64,000 nt of DNA from a virus. The position numbers and the translations under genes are program-made. The stretch's first letter is position 1. Every line of letters begins with the position of its first letter. The notes under the pieces were generated by a model, which did not search any database, was not told where the DNA came from, and saw nothing but the letters and a program-made list of their open reading frames with translations. Of the stretch, positions 63,415 to 64,000 are shown piece by piece. The stretch spans positions 64,140 through 128,139 of the IMG/VR virus record IMGVR_UViG_3300032047_002388. One strand, 5' to 3'.

Positions 63415-64000
63415 ATGAAACTAAGAGATATACTTAAAGAATCCGAAGATAGAGGATTAACTAGTGAAGTTAAAAAACATTTCCTAGAAATCGTTTCTAC
63501 ATACAACAAATATCACGAATCAATGGATAGAAAATCTGATATCATTGAAGTTGCTGAAACTTTAGGTGGTATCACAGAAGCTGCTAGAGAACTTGCTCTA
63601 AGAGAAGCTGATGATTGGTTTGATAAACATACAGTAAAAAGAAACATGAGTGAACTAACTAAGTTAGGTTCTCAATTTGATAAAGTTGCCAAAGAGGCTA
63701 GAAACTTAGACCAAAGAATGCATGGTCTATATGAGGATATGGGTAATATCCTTTCAAGATACTACAAAATCGGTGAGATAACCGAAGATGAAATGAAACA
63801 ACGTTTAGGTATGAATGAATCTAAATCAGATTGTGGATGTGGATGTGGTGGAACAACAGTAGGTGGATGTAACGAATCTTTAAACGAAGAACCAGTTGCA
63901 GTATCAATGAGAAATGATGATGGTTCTATTACAACTACAATTAAAGAAGTTGCCGATTTAAACGAAGAAGAATCTAAACTATATGAGTTTGGATTAAAAG
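63415..64000 (+). CDS. Partial (3' truncated) head-associated protein
   Basis: AAGGAG RBS; MKLRDILKE...DWFD..TVKRNM...LYEDMGNILSRYY...CGCGC; open to the window end. Confidence 0.75.
   Translation, partial: MKLRDILKESEDRGLTSEVKKHFLEIVSTYNKYHESMDRKSDIIEVAETLGGITEAARELALREADDWFDKHTVKRNMSELTKLGSQFDKVAKEARNLDQRMHGLYEDMGNILSRYYKIGEITEDEMKQRLGMNESKSDCGCGCGGTTVGGCNESLNEEPVAVSMRNDDGSITTTIKEVADLNEEESKLYEFGLK

Overview
This AT-rich, densely coding 64-kb window comes from a large T4-like (contractile-tailed, probably jumbo) dsDNA phage, and nearly all genes are on the + strand. The host is probably Bacteroidota (Flavobacteria-like), inferred from BACON domains, a Flavobacterium-type promoter and a Bacteroidota-style membrane protein. 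In order, it holds: the end of a probable late sigma-factor-like gene; a NodU-type carbamoyltransferase; baseplate and tail genes (gp5-, gp25- and gp6-like, a 2160-aa baseplate protein, DUF3751-like proteins); a sulfotransferase and a GIY-YIG nuclease; primase and a fused Mre11-Rad50; a 2026-aa tail fibre and its chaperone; a ~16-kb glycan biosynthesis cluster; a 1048-aa multi-module NTase/ligase-like protein; terminase, portal, prohead protease and head-associated proteins. The most interesting signal is a possible phage-encoded virion glycosylation system. It combines eukaryote-like GT7 enzymes with LamG domains inserted in the catalytic fold, a split ThDP enzyme suited to making branched sugars, sulfo-, methyl- and carbamoyl-transferases, and a [S/T]-G-S tripeptide strongly enriched in distal tail proteins. 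Other signals are a recurrent TATTTATA promoter (the reverse complement of the T4 late promoter), apparent GATC avoidance, a BACON domain split across two genes, and protease-site-delimited polyproteins. All calls come from reading motifs by eye; no database searches were run.
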